Below, in pieces: positions 14,561 through 28,589 of a stretch of 64,000 bases of DNA (positions are counted from its first letter, which is position 1; each line of letters starts with the position of its first letter). The position numbers and the translations under genes are program-made. The notes beneath the pieces are model-generated. The model ran no database searches. It had not been told where the DNA came from and saw nothing but the letters and a program-made list of their open reading frames with translations. The DNA comes from Octopus vulgaris (Eukaryota): positions 121,830,001 through 121,894,000 of the forward strand of contig OX597814.1 of the NCBI GenBank assembly GCA_951406725.2. Direction: 5' to 3'.

Positions 14561-16119
14561 ATTACTAAGATGACATTTACGAGTCTAAGTCCAGTTAATT
14601 ATAATGCATCCCAACTGATTTAGCTTCAACATCCCGTATACCTTAAGCGCCAGACTGCCAGCTGGTGAGATCAGTAGAGCGTCGGATAATAGGTTCGATT
14701 CTCTGCAGACTACGTTCTAATTCCACTAAGGTGAACTCTTCCTTTCATTCTATCTGGGACTAATTTTTCTATTTGTCTGTATGAGTCCCATTTTTTTTTC
14801 GGATTAAATTAGCTGTATTTAGACTTGAAGAGGGATGAAATTTTCCCAAATCACGTCGTGCGCAAGGACGGTGCCCATATGACTTCCTCAGGGATTCGAG
14901 GGCACAAGGTCAAGCGAGGAAGACATATTAAAATGTAGTATTAAGTACATTGTGATATTTCTTCAAACGCTTTACGTTCTGAGCTCAATATCTGAATGGG
15001 TCAACTTCGCCTTTCATCCTTCCGGGTAAGATAAAATATAATATCGTTCAGGAACGGGGGTCGACGGAGCCGACTAAACTGCTCACCTCAATATGCTGGC
15101 CTTATGTCAAAATCGGAAAACATTATTTTGTGTATCATTAACTGCCTGAATAATATTTTATTTGGTAATAATTTGTGATATTACTCACTGTTTCAGCAAT
15201 ATCTTTCTGCTTTATTTCAAATTATTTCATCCATGAATTTCATATTACCAGCATTCCACTTACGCATGATTGTGCTAATATTTTTCTCCGCTTTTATTTC
15301 CAGATTGATATTGAGAACAAATAACTAACCGGACACACTGTACCAATTCTGAAGCGTGTAAGTGCTTTTTTATATATTGTTTTGCTGTTCTGTATTTATT
15401 ATTTATTCGATATATGCGCAAGGAAATTTTGCGAGACAGATGGTAAACACCAGCTCTCTTAGAAAACATTTTATAATTCCCATTCTCCATTCTCCATTCT
15501 TTTGTATTATTTATTTTCCAGAATGTTATTCCACAGATAAATATTTGGGATTCAAAACAGTATTCAATATTCAACATTGTTTCATAATTGCGTTCTTGTG
15601 CCCACTTTAGCGACATATTCAGAAATAATAGGTGACCAGACGTAAATGGTAGTCATCTGTCTTTTGAGAGAAATGTCTCCAAGTACTTCAGTTGAGGGAA
15701 TAAATGACTTTTCAGGATATAAATACTGCTTAGAAAAATTGTGGTAGTATTCGTTTATAAATAACCACATACATGCTTGTATACAATGTGATGGAAGTAC
15801 AAAAGAAACGTAATTCTGTAGAGTATGTGTCTGTGTATGCCTATCTAAGCAAGTCGATTATATATTTGCGTGCGTGTGCCTGTGTAGCGATGGCGTGTAT
15901 ACGTAAGCCTGTATAAATGTGACTGGTTCTCTGTTCAAATCGAGATAAAATCTCTGTCATTATGATGAATCGATGTAATATTGAAGGTTTTACGATATGT
16001 AAATTGCTATATGTATGTAGGCGTATGATAGGTAGCTTTTCATATCATATACGTGTATTACACCCATACGTATACACAAACGCTCACACATGCGTAGCCA
16101 AACTAAAACATTAATACGT

Positions 16120-16124
16120 ACATA

Positions 16125-16182
<58 letters not shown>

Positions 16183-16184
16183 TA

Positions 16185-16226
<42 letters not shown>

Positions 16227-16338
16227 TATATACATATATATATGTATACATATATATGTGTATATATATGTATGTGTGTATATATATATATATATATGTA
16301 TATGTATGTATGTGTATATATATATGTATATATATATG

Positions 16339-16376
<38 letters not shown>

Positions 16377-16417
16377 TACATACATGCATACACACACATA
16401 TATATATATATATATAC

Positions 16418-16492
<75 letters not shown>
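16120..16492. repeat. Long (TA)n-dominated compound microsatellite
   Basis: Read directly. Confidence 0.97.
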
Positions 16493-17021
16493 TAATGTGT
16501 ACATTTGTGTGTATGTATATGTAAGTTATAGATGTGGACGTGTTAGCAAATTTCGTGTAACTAACTCCATATATATTGATTCAAAGATAAATGCGCCCCC
16601 AAGACATGTATCAGAAAGAAATTGTTATTCTCAGCAGCCATGTCACCAGCTGCTAGTGTCATCCATACATTATATCATTATTAATATAGAGTAGTGTAGG
16701 CGGGTGAGACCTATGGCTATCGAGGCTGATACTCTGCTACAGCTCTTGTCTCCCCATTACGTCAAAAGTAGATGTATTATTTTGGAAAGTGCAATGACTT
16801 CTGGGATAGATTGAAATTCGGTGTATTTCGATGTACACAAGATATATACACTTCCTTGCAAATTAAGTATTATATATAATGTGCTTGTACGTGTAGCTCT
16901 AAATGGGTGTACCACTCCGTGTGTGTGGGGAGGTGTATTTGTGCGTGTGAGTGAGTGAGTGACTTGTCTGGTTAGGTCTAAATTCATATTGAGAAAATAC
17001 ATTTGTATAATTTCACCATAT

Positions 17022-17088
<67 letters not shown>

Positions 17089-18644
17089 CATGTATGTATG
17101 TATGCATGTATGTAATGTACATAAATGCAGACATAGAAAAATATGTGTGTGTGTGTATCGTGAAATATATTTGCCACCTAAATGTAGCGGAGCCATTGGG
17201 GATGATGCTACTTTGTTTATAGCCCCAGGAAGACATCTCCGCCAGCTGGCTAACGATACATAGCCTGTGTCCGTGGCAAATATACTTCACGATTCCGTGC
17301 TGCCACTGTTTACATCTCGCTCGGAGATTTATTACTGCTTGTTTCTCAAGTTTGGGCCTCAAAACGTAGTACCCTTAAAACCAGGAACCTTTCAACATCC
17401 CCTCGTATACAGTGGCGGAGTATCGGCAATCACGCACCGGCATTATTCTTTGAATAAATTGGCTTCAGGCTTGGCTCCATTTTCTTCTTGTGTTTCATTT
17501 TGTCTCATTTCAGTTATTTATATTCTTTTACCCCCGAAACTTCCTTCAGTTTTCTTGCTGTTTTGTAGTACCTTCATCCAATTTACAACGCCCGTTGATT
17601 TCATGTGCTATATTTTCTCCTTTTTTTTCTGAAATTCGAAACCTAACGGTCTCTCTGTAATTGAAAATTCCTTCATTAGTTTGATTTCCAATTATCTGTT
17701 ATTTATTTGAAAAGTTGTCCGTTCACTCTTTTACTCTTACTTTCTTAATCCTATAAACCTCCTTCATTATTTTACACGATTGAAACACTTTCTCTTCTTC
17801 CTCTCAATATCATATACAGATTTTCTTGTCCCCCACATCTCCCGTTATCTCTCTCTCTCCTGCTTTCTCGATTTCTTGTCTTCTATTTAACGGTTTAATG
17901 TGGCTTTCTTTATAATACTTTTCTTTCTTCTCTTTCACCTCTTTCATTACAGCCAAAGCTTTCTTCTTCCTCACAATCATGACAGACAAGGCGACAATAA
18001 GTCATCAAGAAAGGTACTTCCATCCATCTGCATATACATACATACATACATACATACATACATACATACATACATACATACATGTATAGGTACTCACATA
18101 CATACAGATAGATGTGTGTGCGTACAAACAGGGATATGAAGAAACGGAGAGAGAGAGAGAGAGAGGGAGACAGAGAGAAAGAATGAGAGAGAAAGTAGTG
18201 AAGATTGGGAGAGGGAGGTATATGAGGAGGAAAGGTTTTTACTGCATTTAGTTCTACATGTAATCCTCCATGTTCATTTTTCTCTCAAGTTTGTGTAAGA
18301 AAACAAGAAAACTAAAATGATGTACGAGCAATAATGTCAATTAGTGGAGAGAACAGGATGAAATATTTTGCAACACGATAATGCTGCGGGCTTGTAATTG
18401 GCCCTTTTTATGGTTTCGTTTGATAAGGCATAAACAACAATGACTATAGCCTTTAGCCGCACCTTCCAGGGTGAGGAAGATTCTGAAGCTGGATGCAATG
18501 CATTGAGATACCGAACTATCTTGAAACCAGGAACAAGGTTTGAAAATTTGCAATGGAGAAGATTTCATACCAAAGTCGAAAGCATTGAATTAATATTACT
18601 GACCGTTTGACTGAGGTTACATGTAAGCGGTTAACTTATCATAG

Positions 18645-18676
18645 GAACAACAACAACAATAATAATAATAATGTTG

Positions 18677-18735
<59 letters not shown>

Positions 18736-18736
18736 G

Positions 18737-18811
<75 letters not shown>

Positions 18812-18843
18812 ATAATAATTATTATTATTATTATTATTATTAT
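18645..18843. repeat. (AAC)/(AAT)n-(AGT)n-(TTA)n compound trinucleotide repeat
   Basis: Read directly. Confidence 0.95.
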
Positions 18844-18935
18844 TCAGTAGTTTTATTTTTATCCCGTGCTTTCACTGCACTACTGAGCGCAGCTCTGTGT
18901 GCCTTGGGTATGTGCAGTGGTTTGTTGAGATGCTC
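18844..18935 (-). mobile_element. Probable 3' UTR end of a non-LTR retroposon abutting (TAA)n
   Basis: The minus strand ends ...gtgaaagcacgggataaaAATAAAactactgaataataat. This terminal architecture resembles that of the R4/Dong-like element at about 63125. Confidence 0.5.
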
Positions 18936-20059
18936 ATATTCTTACTGTATCAACCGAGAGCTCACTTTCCTCCGCTCTCTCTTGCTCGTCCCGATCCCCG
19001 CTCCTTTTCCGGTGACCTTCCCTCGGCGGCCGTCTCTGTCGCTTATCTTTATTACTTTATGCTATGTTTTGCTTTTGCTTTCAGGTATACGAATTGCACC
19101 CAAGTCTCAACCAGGGACATCCAAGGATAAGAGTTGGCAGAATCTTTAACGCGTGTGACAAAATGCATAGCAACAATTCTTTTATATTCAGGGTTCAAAT
19201 TCCGGCAAGGTCGACTTTGCTTTTCATCCTTGCACTATTGACGTATTTTTAAATTTAAACTTTTCAATTTGGTTTTTCTAATTTTTTAAATGCATATAAA
19301 GATCACATATACTTCTATTGAGAATATAAACTATTTTCTTGTGTCTATATTTAGAAGTTTGTTGATATTTCATGACTGGGAATTAACTGTAGAATGGTGA
19401 CTCGTGTTTATATCAATGATCCTATGATAAAAATGGTTTCCTTTTAAGCCGTTTCACTTAATATCAGACTTCTGAAAAACATACCAGTGATGGTAAATGA
19501 GAACTTGTAATTTTCTCGAAACTTTGCAGTATACGATAATGAGATAAATTTTCGCAGTCTTTTCAGTAATAGCGTGAGGAGATAATTACAATATATAAAA
19601 TGGTGGCAATGAATAAAAGGTAAAGAAGATAAACACACTATATTATCCTATTTAAGGTGTTTTTATAATCTTCTTTGATTATTTTCTTATACTTGAAAAG
19701 GGAATTTATATCGGATTGTGATAGGATTAATAAACCTACGAAAGTTAATACAAATTTTTATGTTTGTCTTGCATTCGTTTACTCAAAACTTTACCAACCG
19801 TTAATTATCTGATTTAATTTTTTATTCGTTTATTTATTTATGTATTTCATGAGTTGATAATGACCAAATAAAACTGGTCGAGTTAATTTTCATTCTGTCC
19901 TTTAGAGAGAACCCTGTGGTTTCCCTAATGTCACTATTTTCGCTGACAAAATGAACGTTTATTTTACGAAACCATGTAAATTTATTAGCAAATTTTCTCA
20001 ACATACCCATTGTCCCAGAATTTTAGTTAGTTGATTTATTATGACACCGAGTGTACAGA

Positions 20060-20425
20060 TAAACAAACGAACGACAGCGACGTCGGCTGCTGGTCGCAAT
20101 TTCAGGTGACAGAATGGAACAAAAGCACAATAGAGGACATTAAAATGTTCGGGCAGATAGATGACACAAAGGCGGACAAGAGAAATAATTAGGACAAACA
20201 AAACAGACGGGTCATTCTTGGCTTTCTTTCATCAGTCAACTACCAGAAGTCACAACCATTTGGAGCAGTTACACTTGAGATGGTTCGATCTGGTTGTCCC
20301 CCAAAATGTCTAAGCTAAGAGCATTAGACCCCTTTGTAAGACGAAAAAAAAACAAACAAACGAAAAGAAACGGAGAACATGGTACACAATTACGAACACA
20401 AGAACAAGAAATAACAGGTGTCTTT
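20060..20425. mobile_element. Unclassified dispersed repeat 'X', copy 1
   Basis: Shares blocks with 43410-43760 and 51058-51420: tcatcagtcaa, cttgagat, ctaagctaagagcattaga and aataacaggtgtcttt. Confidence 0.6.
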
Positions 20426-20443
20426 ATATAAATATACATATAT

Positions 20444-20475
<32 letters not shown>

Positions 20476-20503
20476 TGTATGTATGTATGTATGTATGTAT
20501 GTA

Positions 20504-20539
<36 letters not shown>

Positions 20540-21594
20540 TGAATGTTTGTATGTATGTATGTATGTATGTATATATGTATATAAATATATTCAAAAGTTG
20601 ATTCGCACAAACACTCACAGATGCACTCTGATTATTGATGCGCACACAAGAGTATACATAAGCATACAAATATATAAACACATATATATTAGTATACGTC
20701 GATATAGATATACATATACATATACATACATATTTATACATATATACACATATACACACACCCACATATACAAACACAATTTAATATAATATACATTTAC
20801 GCATAGGAATATATAAACACGTATACGTTACTGTACGTCGATATAAATATAGATACACATATACATATGCATATACATACACATTGATACATAAACACCC
20901 ACCTATATACAGACACACATTTTAATATGATATATATTTACATTTATAATGAGTATATGCACACACATACACATATATATAAACAGACATATACACGCAC
21001 ATACATAAATAGACATATATGTGTCTATGTGTGCCTGCGTTTGTAGTATCTATCGATATGGCTTCAGTGACACTGGAACCTCTAATATCCTCTTATATGC
21101 CCATGTCTTCTAGAAGCCTTACACTGTCTTTTAACATAGAACGGAGCTACCATCTCTTTATAATATTGTTTATTTTAGTATAAACATTAATGGAGTTGAT
21201 CAATGCCTGAAGGCATTCGTGCGTAGCTATTCTTAGTAACAAATGCAAATTAAATGAACGCATCGAAATGCACCTCCAGAATCTCAGATAATTAATGAAG
21301 TCTTTTAACAGGGAAGGGTTTTATTTAGTTATTTATTTATTTTTCATTTATTTATTTATTTATTTTGAAAGAAATGATAAACGTATTTGAAATTAATTAG
21401 TTTCAGCTGCTATAGTAAAGGTAATCAATTTGAAATACCTAGATCAACCCGAATGAAAGAAATAATTTGTTTAATGCGTGAGTGATGTTTTTTGTCGAAT
21501 TTTTTTCCCCCTTTTAACGCGTTGTATAAAAACGAAATTTCAGCTCTTATACAAAAGAAAGATAAAATTATTATTCTTGTTATTAAATATTCAT

Positions 21595-21923
21595 TTTTAC
21601 TATAGGGACAATGGGTTAAATTTTAGCGGGGAAAGAGCTTCTTGATTACATCGACGTTAGTGCCTGACTTATTTTACCGATCCCGAAGTGATGTATTCGA
21701 CCTCAGAAGAATTTGAACTCAGAACGCAAGGAAGGACGAAATACGGTTAGCATTTTCACTGGCTCATGCTACCAACTCGCTGCTCCGGTCTGATGAGCTA
21801 ACATTAATGTTAGCAGAGTCGTTAGCAAGCTGGACGAAATGCATAGCGGTATTTCGCCTATCGCTACGTTCTGAGTTCAAATTCTGCCTTTCATCATTTC
21901 GGGGTCGATAAATTAAGTACCAG
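21595..21923. mobile_element. Head-to-head pair of SINE A fragments (minus about 21595-21785; plus about 21810-21923)
   Basis: atttgaactcagaacg on the first copy; gttctgagttcaaattc-tgcctttcatcatttcggggtcgataaattaagtacc on the second. Confidence 0.8.
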
Positions 21924-21928
21924 AAATA

Positions 21929-22177
21929 GGCGCAGGAGTGTATCTTGCTTACCAACCACGTGGTTCCGGATTCAGTCTCACTGCATGGCACTTTCAGCAA
22001 GTATCTTCTACTATAGGTGCAGGAGTGGCTGCGTGTTACGTAGCTTGCTTACCAACCACATGGTTCTGGGTTCAGTCACACTGCGTGGGACCTAGGGCAA
22101 GTGTCTTCTACTATAGCCTCGGGGCGACCAGAGCCTTGTGAGTGGATTTAGTAGGCGGAAACTGAAAGAAGTCTGTC

Positions 22178-22220
<43 letters not shown>

Positions 22221-22420
22221 TGTATGTATGTGTGTATGTATGTTTGCGTGTCAGTGTGTGTCCCCCCAACATCGCTTGACAACCGATGCTGGTGTCTTTA
22301 TGTCCCCGTAACTAAGCGGTTCGGCAAAGAATAAGTCCTGGGGTCGATTTGCTAGACTAAAGGCAGTGTTCCAGCATGGCCGCAATCAAATGACTGAAAC
22401 AAGTAAAAAAGTAAAAGATT
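21929..22420 (+). mobile_element. SINE family B with duplicated 5' head
   Basis: A truncated head ggcgcaggagtg...tcttctactata (21929-22015) is followed immediately by a complete copy with an A-box-like TGGCTGCGTG, B box GGTTCAGTC, internal (TA)n and tail gactgaaacaagtaaaa. Confidence 0.9.
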
Positions 22421-22863
22421 AAATATCAAGATTTATACACATATATCTCTGGTTAATTTGTTTAGAACATTCTTCAGAAGCTGGCATTTATCCTTTTCAC
22501 TTAGATTTCTTCTTTTATCTTTCCAAAGATAAAAAAAAAAGATAGTTTGTTTGCTTGTGTTATTTTTTTCATATAGTTATAAGATATATTTGCCAATGAT
22601 AGTGTTATCTGTTATAGGTTACAAAAGTCCAACAAACTAATCTTAGTTTACAATACGCAATGTGGTATGCTTACTGCATACAACATTTCTTACGTTGCGA
22701 GTGAATAGTAAATGTTTCTGTCGGAAAAATATCCTTCGGTGTTTTTGTTAGTAGCACCGATTGATTTACAAATTTCCTTCGACGTGAATACCTTTCAGGA
22801 ATAAACACATATCTAGATGCATATTTGTGTATATTCATACAAATGAAAAAAGGAAGCATATAC

Positions 22864-22952
<89 letters not shown>
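22864..22952. repeat. (GT)n(GA)n microsatellite
   Basis: Read directly. Confidence 0.97.
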
Positions 22953-22956
<4 letters not shown>

Positions 22957-24377
22957 GCTTCTGAAAAGATTTCATTAACCAAATTTCAACCCAAGACACT
23001 GGCATAAAAGTAGCAGCTCAAGATGTAACATCGTAAGTTCGTACCTGAAACCACTTTGTTACAAAGCAAATTATTCAAAGATGCTGTGGGGTCTATACCA
23101 AGTTGTTGATATAAATAAAATATTGATCCGTCTACAGAGGGCTCCAAGATATTTAATTCTCAAATTAGTTGTTCAGTCTACTTGACAGTAAATATGTAGC
23201 ATGGGATTGAAGTTCTAATTGCTAAAGGCAGCTAAAAACCACCAAGTTTAATTGAGTTTGCTTTAGTGTGGATGTAGATTGTGTAGACTTCGTTTCTACG
23301 AAAGTAATTTCAGTTTAAGTTTTGTCAATATAAATTTAACTTGAATATATTTTTTTAGCTTGCTTTTTGCGTTAAAACTAGAGTGGACTCCTTTGGCATT
23401 GTTTGTAATCTATGGTTAGTTCTCTTTAGAATGAGAGTAGAGCATATTAGAATGAGAGTAGAGCATATTAAAATGAGCAAAGCTTCAGTATATATTTTGC
23501 AATTACAAATGTAGCTTTAAGTTGGGTTTTGTATATAACATGAGCAATGGTTTTGTTAAAGGGTGAGTATTTCGTGCGTGCTGTATATGACATCTTCCAA
23601 AGTGCACATTTTTTTGCAGACCATTTCTTGAATTACCAACTACCAATAACACAAAGACTGACCTCGTGGTTATAAGACAAGCTAATTTACTGACCCGTGA
23701 TTTGGGGGAAAATTGCACAAATGCAGTAAGTTTCCTTATTTGTACACGCGTGTCTTTCGTGTATACGTTCTTATTTGTATAGCTTATTTCAGAACAGACT
23801 CTGTTAGACTATCATTGTTCTAAATATACAAAACAAAGCCGATATTCTGCGTACATAGATATATTCCACTACACCCACCCACTGTTTGTTATTGCAGAAT
23901 CTAATTTGAAATATGTTGACAATAACATTCATAGAATTATTTGTCTATTGTTTCTGATTGCTACAGATTTGCAGAGATATTAAAAAAATGGTAGCCTTAT
24001 GAATCTTCTGTATGGAGAATTATATATTGTATACGTATATAATTATGTACAAAATTATGTCTATTAGTACTAAATATAATCAATAATACATACTCTTATA
24101 ATTATAAAAGTATATATCAAACATATTGTGGTTAGTGGAATTGCAATATTCATTTCCAGACTAATAACGACCAAATATTACAACTCGCTTTACAACATTC
24201 CTGCTAAATCATTAAAGAATGAATTAATGGAAAACAGTCAAACCTAATACAATATACAGAACAGTATTTATAAACCTATACTCTCCTTTTATTCATGATG
24301 TTTATGAGTCTGTTTATATTGAGGTGCCAAAATATATTCAATGAACTCATCATAAATATTATGTACACGTACATTAA

Positions 24378-24570
24378 GGCGGCGCACCAGCAGAATCGTT
24401 CGTGCACCGGGCAAAATACTTTGCAGTATTTCGTCCGTTTTAATGCTCTGGGTTCAAACTCCATCAAAGTCGACGTTGCGTTTTATCCATCTGGGATAAT
24501 AAAATAAGTATCAGCTGAGCGCTGGAGTCGATGTGATCAACTTACTCCTTCCCAGAAAATTTTAAGTATT
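24378..24570 (+). mobile_element. SINE family A copy
   Basis: ggcggcgcaccagcagaatcgtt...GGGTTCAAACTCC...ttttatccatctgggataataaaataagtatc. Confidence 0.75.
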
Positions 24571-24597
24571 GTGCTTATACACGTACATACATATATT

Positions 24598-24990
24598 CTT
24601 TTTTTATTCTTTTACTTGTTTCAGTCATATGACTGCGGCCATGCTGGAGAATCGCCTTTAATCGAGCAACTCCACCCCAGGACTTATTCTTTTGTAAGCC
24701 CAGTACTTATTCTATCGGTCTCTTTTGCTAAACCGCTAAGTAACGGGGACATAAACACACCAGTATCGGTTCCCAAGCAATGCTAGGGGGACAAGCACAG
24801 ACACACAAACACACACACGCATATATATATATATATATATACATATATACGACGGGCTTATTTCAGTTTCCATCCTTTCATCCTTTCGGAGTCGGTTAAA
24901 TAATTACCAGTTACGTACTGGGGCCGATCTAATCGACTGGCACCCTCCCCCAAAAAATTTTCGGGCCTTGTGCCTAGAGTAGAAAAGAAT
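24598..24990. mobile_element. Fused SINE B 3' half (minus, about 24598-24870) and SINE A 3' half (plus, about 24871-24990)
   Basis: B-derived ...acgggcttatttcagtttcc runs directly into A-derived atcctttcatcctttcggagtcg...ccttgtgcctagagtagaaaagaat. Confidence 0.85.
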
Positions 24991-25502
24991 ATATAACAAT
25001 TTGTTTGATACTCTCAGTGGAAGCTGTACTCAAAATTATAAGTCTACGTGCTGACTCATGCGCCAGGAATGTTAGTTTGATAGTCAAACGGATGTGACTG
25101 AAAGGAAATCACAACAAAATGACCTGAGACAAAGATAAAATAGACCTTTATACTTTTTGATATCCAAAGAACTATCCCAGAGGAGGGGTAAAACAGGGTT
25201 ATGCACAATCGCAGTCATTGACTTGCAACGTATAACAAGCGTTAAACGCTTGAAATGAAGAATGTTTGTATCTCATTGATGCCAATACTTGAGGTATTTT
25301 TTTAATTCCGTTAATATAAAAGCAAATTTCTGTCATTTTTGTGAAAGCAGATGAGAGTGATGGACAGAAGGAAAAGGAAAGTATGATTGATAAGTTCTTA
25401 CTCATAAGCTACATCCCAAACTTAAGGAAAGCCTTTTAAAATATTATACCTAGGTGGAGGGGGCATCGGCAGCGCGAATTGTCAGAGGAAATTACACACG
25501 CA

Positions 25503-25536
<34 letters not shown>

Positions 25537-25988
25537 TATGCAATCCCGTTTGCTAAATCATGGCTAGTACGATTATGAGTGTGTGAGGGTTGCATGCATG
25601 TGCGTGCACGTGTGTGTATGTGTGTGTGTTTGTGTATGCGGATGCATGTGTTTAGTGGGGTGGGACATGTGAATATCTAAATCTAGGTTTGTGCTTAATA
25701 GAATGTGAACTCTCTTTTCTTTAGTAGTTAGTAATTATGCGACGACAGCTATGTTGTGCTTGAGCACGTAGTCCGCTGAGTGACACAGGCGTTCGTATGT
25801 TTACGGTTAAGTTTAGTCTGTTATATTCTAGGTGGGTATATGAATGTTAATTTCTTAATGAATCGCAATTATAAACTAACGAAAGGAAAACTTATTAGCG
25901 TTAATGAAGATCTTTCTTAGAAGAGGCAAGGGAGATAACTCCATAAATATCATTTAATTAATTATACCGAGAAAAGAATAAGGAATGG

Positions 25989-26039
<51 letters not shown>

Positions 26040-26804
26040 CTAGTTCTACTCTCTTCTCTTGTAGAGTAATTTCCTTCCCTTTGTACTGTGTCCCAACTAT
26101 TTCAAGTTGATGATTTTACATAATCTCATTAATATTCTTTGCTACTTACCAATTGATTACGCGTTAATTAGGCTCCATTCACTATGCCTTAGACTTAATC
26201 TCATTTATCAGTTTTCCTTAAAGACATGTTCTTGACGTCTTTGATTAACTAATTTCTTCCAAAGTCATTTTGAATTTATGTACAAAAAAAGAAAAAACAG
26301 AAAGAAAACTTTCATTTCTCTCAAAGTAATATCCGGCACATGTTAAGTGTTTTTTGCTTAACAACAACAGCAACTATAAAAACAACAACAACAATAATAA
26401 TAAAAATACTAGCAGCAGTAGCAATTCCATCTGACACAGCAATAGTAACCGACCTACAATTAACTACAACAATACTGGAACGAATAAGAGAAAATTCTTC
26501 TTCGGTGTTCAGTTAAGTCTTTAACATAAAAGTCGCCTTACTATACTAGTAAAATGAACGAAGGACATATTTGATAATGTAATGGAAATTTCGGAGGGCC
26601 TCAGAATATTTGTTGATTGGCCATTGACCAGTGGCGGGATTATGTTTACGAAAGAAGTTACCGAGAGCTAAAGAGAATGTAACACTCTTCTTTTTGGAAA
26701 GAAAACATGACTGGCAAATATTGTACGGGCAAGAATTGCAGTAACAAGCATTTTACAAAATAGATTATTTTTATATGTATCCACATACATATACATACAT
26801 ATAT

Positions 26805-27258
26805 ACTCTTTACTCTTTTAATCTTTCACTTGTTTTCGTCATTTGACTGCGGCCATGCTGGAGCACCGCCTTTAGTCGAGTAAATCAACCACGGGACTTA
26901 TTCTTTGTAAGCCTAGTACTTATTCCATCAGTCTCTTTTGCCGAAACGCTAGGTGACGGGGCCATAAACACACCAACATCGGTTGTCAAACAATACTAGG
27001 GAGACAAACACAGACACATAAACATACACACGCACATACATACATACATATATACGACGGGTTCTTTCAGTTTCCGTCTATCAAATCCACTCACAAGGCT
27101 TTGGCCGGCTCGAGGCTATAGTAGAAGACACTTGTCCAAGGTGCCCCGCAGTGGGACGGAAACCTGAACCATATGGTTGGTAAGCAAGCTGCTTACCATA
27201 TGGTTCAGGTTTCAGTCCCACTGCTTGGCACCTGCAAGTGTCTTCTATAGCCTCGGGC
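26805..27258 (-). mobile_element. SINE family B copy with inverted (fold-back) duplication of its head
   Basis: A full B body on the minus strand runs to about 27198. Bases 27191-27258 are a plus-strand copy of the same head. Confidence 0.9.
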
Positions 27259-27286
27259 TATATATATATTAATGTCTATATATATA

Positions 27287-27334
<48 letters not shown>

Positions 27335-27493
27335 TTATGAGAGGTAATGGTATCAGTGAGACCAAAGGTGTCAGGTAATGCTGAATAAGTGCTATGGATA
27401 GACCATAGTTGAGTTCCAGATTCGTATTTATAAATGTTCTAAAATTTACTCAGTCTTGGGTTTTTTTATCTCATTACGAAAACAAAATTTATA

Positions 27494-27592
<99 letters not shown>

Positions 27593-28130
27593 CTGTGTGT
27601 ACAAGCACACACTTATGCATACATAAATCAACGTAGATATTAAACATTCATACACAAACATGCATAAACAATCAAACTTAAAGTGAAATGGGTATGAATA
27701 TTCATAACTCTAAATACATATGCAGTTATATATTCGATAACTTTTTACTAATAGACATACTCACTTACGCACTAATAAAGCAAACTAAGCAGTAACGATA
27801 TATAAACGCAACTATAAACACGCACACATAAATAATAACATCCATACTTGTATTCAATAACATTACGCCGACACACATACACATACGCACGCGCGCGCAC
27901 TTAGGCAGTAAACATACTTATATACACATGCGATCACACATATAAACACACGAACATACTCGCACACATAAACCAAAATGGACCATCGGCATCCACGTTT
28001 TGTAAAAAAAAACTTTCATTCAGTTTTGCTTTATCTATTTTTCTTTATTGATATATTTCATTTTCATTATTTTCATTTATTATTAATCTTTATATCTGGC
28101 CCTCATATTTATTCTTATATACTTTAATTC

Positions 28131-28141
28131 ATTATTATTAC

Positions 28142-28198
<57 letters not shown>

Positions 28199-28205
28199 CA
28201 TCATC

Positions 28206-28265
<60 letters not shown>

Positions 28266-28288
28266 TATCATCATCATCATCATCATCA

Positions 28289-28366
<78 letters not shown>

Positions 28367-28380
28367 GTTCTATTATTATT
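28131..28380. repeat. (TTA)n/(TCA)n compound repeat
   Basis: Read directly. Confidence 0.97.
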
Positions 28381-28589
28381 GTTTTTAAATAGAAATAAAA
28401 AATATTAACGCATGTGTGCACACACAATAATCAAGCTTTCATCTGCTTAGCCTGTTGGAGTATCAAATGATCAAGATGTAAACTCTATAATGTCCATCTT
28501 GCCCTGAAGATCTTTATATAATCAAAATGCAAATTTATGTCATTAGCTATGTGCGTAATTTAAATATATATATATATATATCAATCATC

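Noticed and set aside
18340-18610. Non-repetitive stretch with an open frame (FSRTFQGEEDSEAGCNALRY...)
   Set aside because: No recognisable motif or convincing splice pair.
21785-21820. CTGATGA followed by the hairpin gctaaca-ttaa-tgttagc, resembling a hammerhead
   Set aside because: It is followed by AGAG rather than GAAA, has no stems I or III, and lies at the junction of two head-to-head SINE fragments.
23428-23478. 21-bp tandem duplication (a 29-bp one also occurs at about 34303-34360)
   Set aside because: Ordinary local slippage duplications with no further structure.
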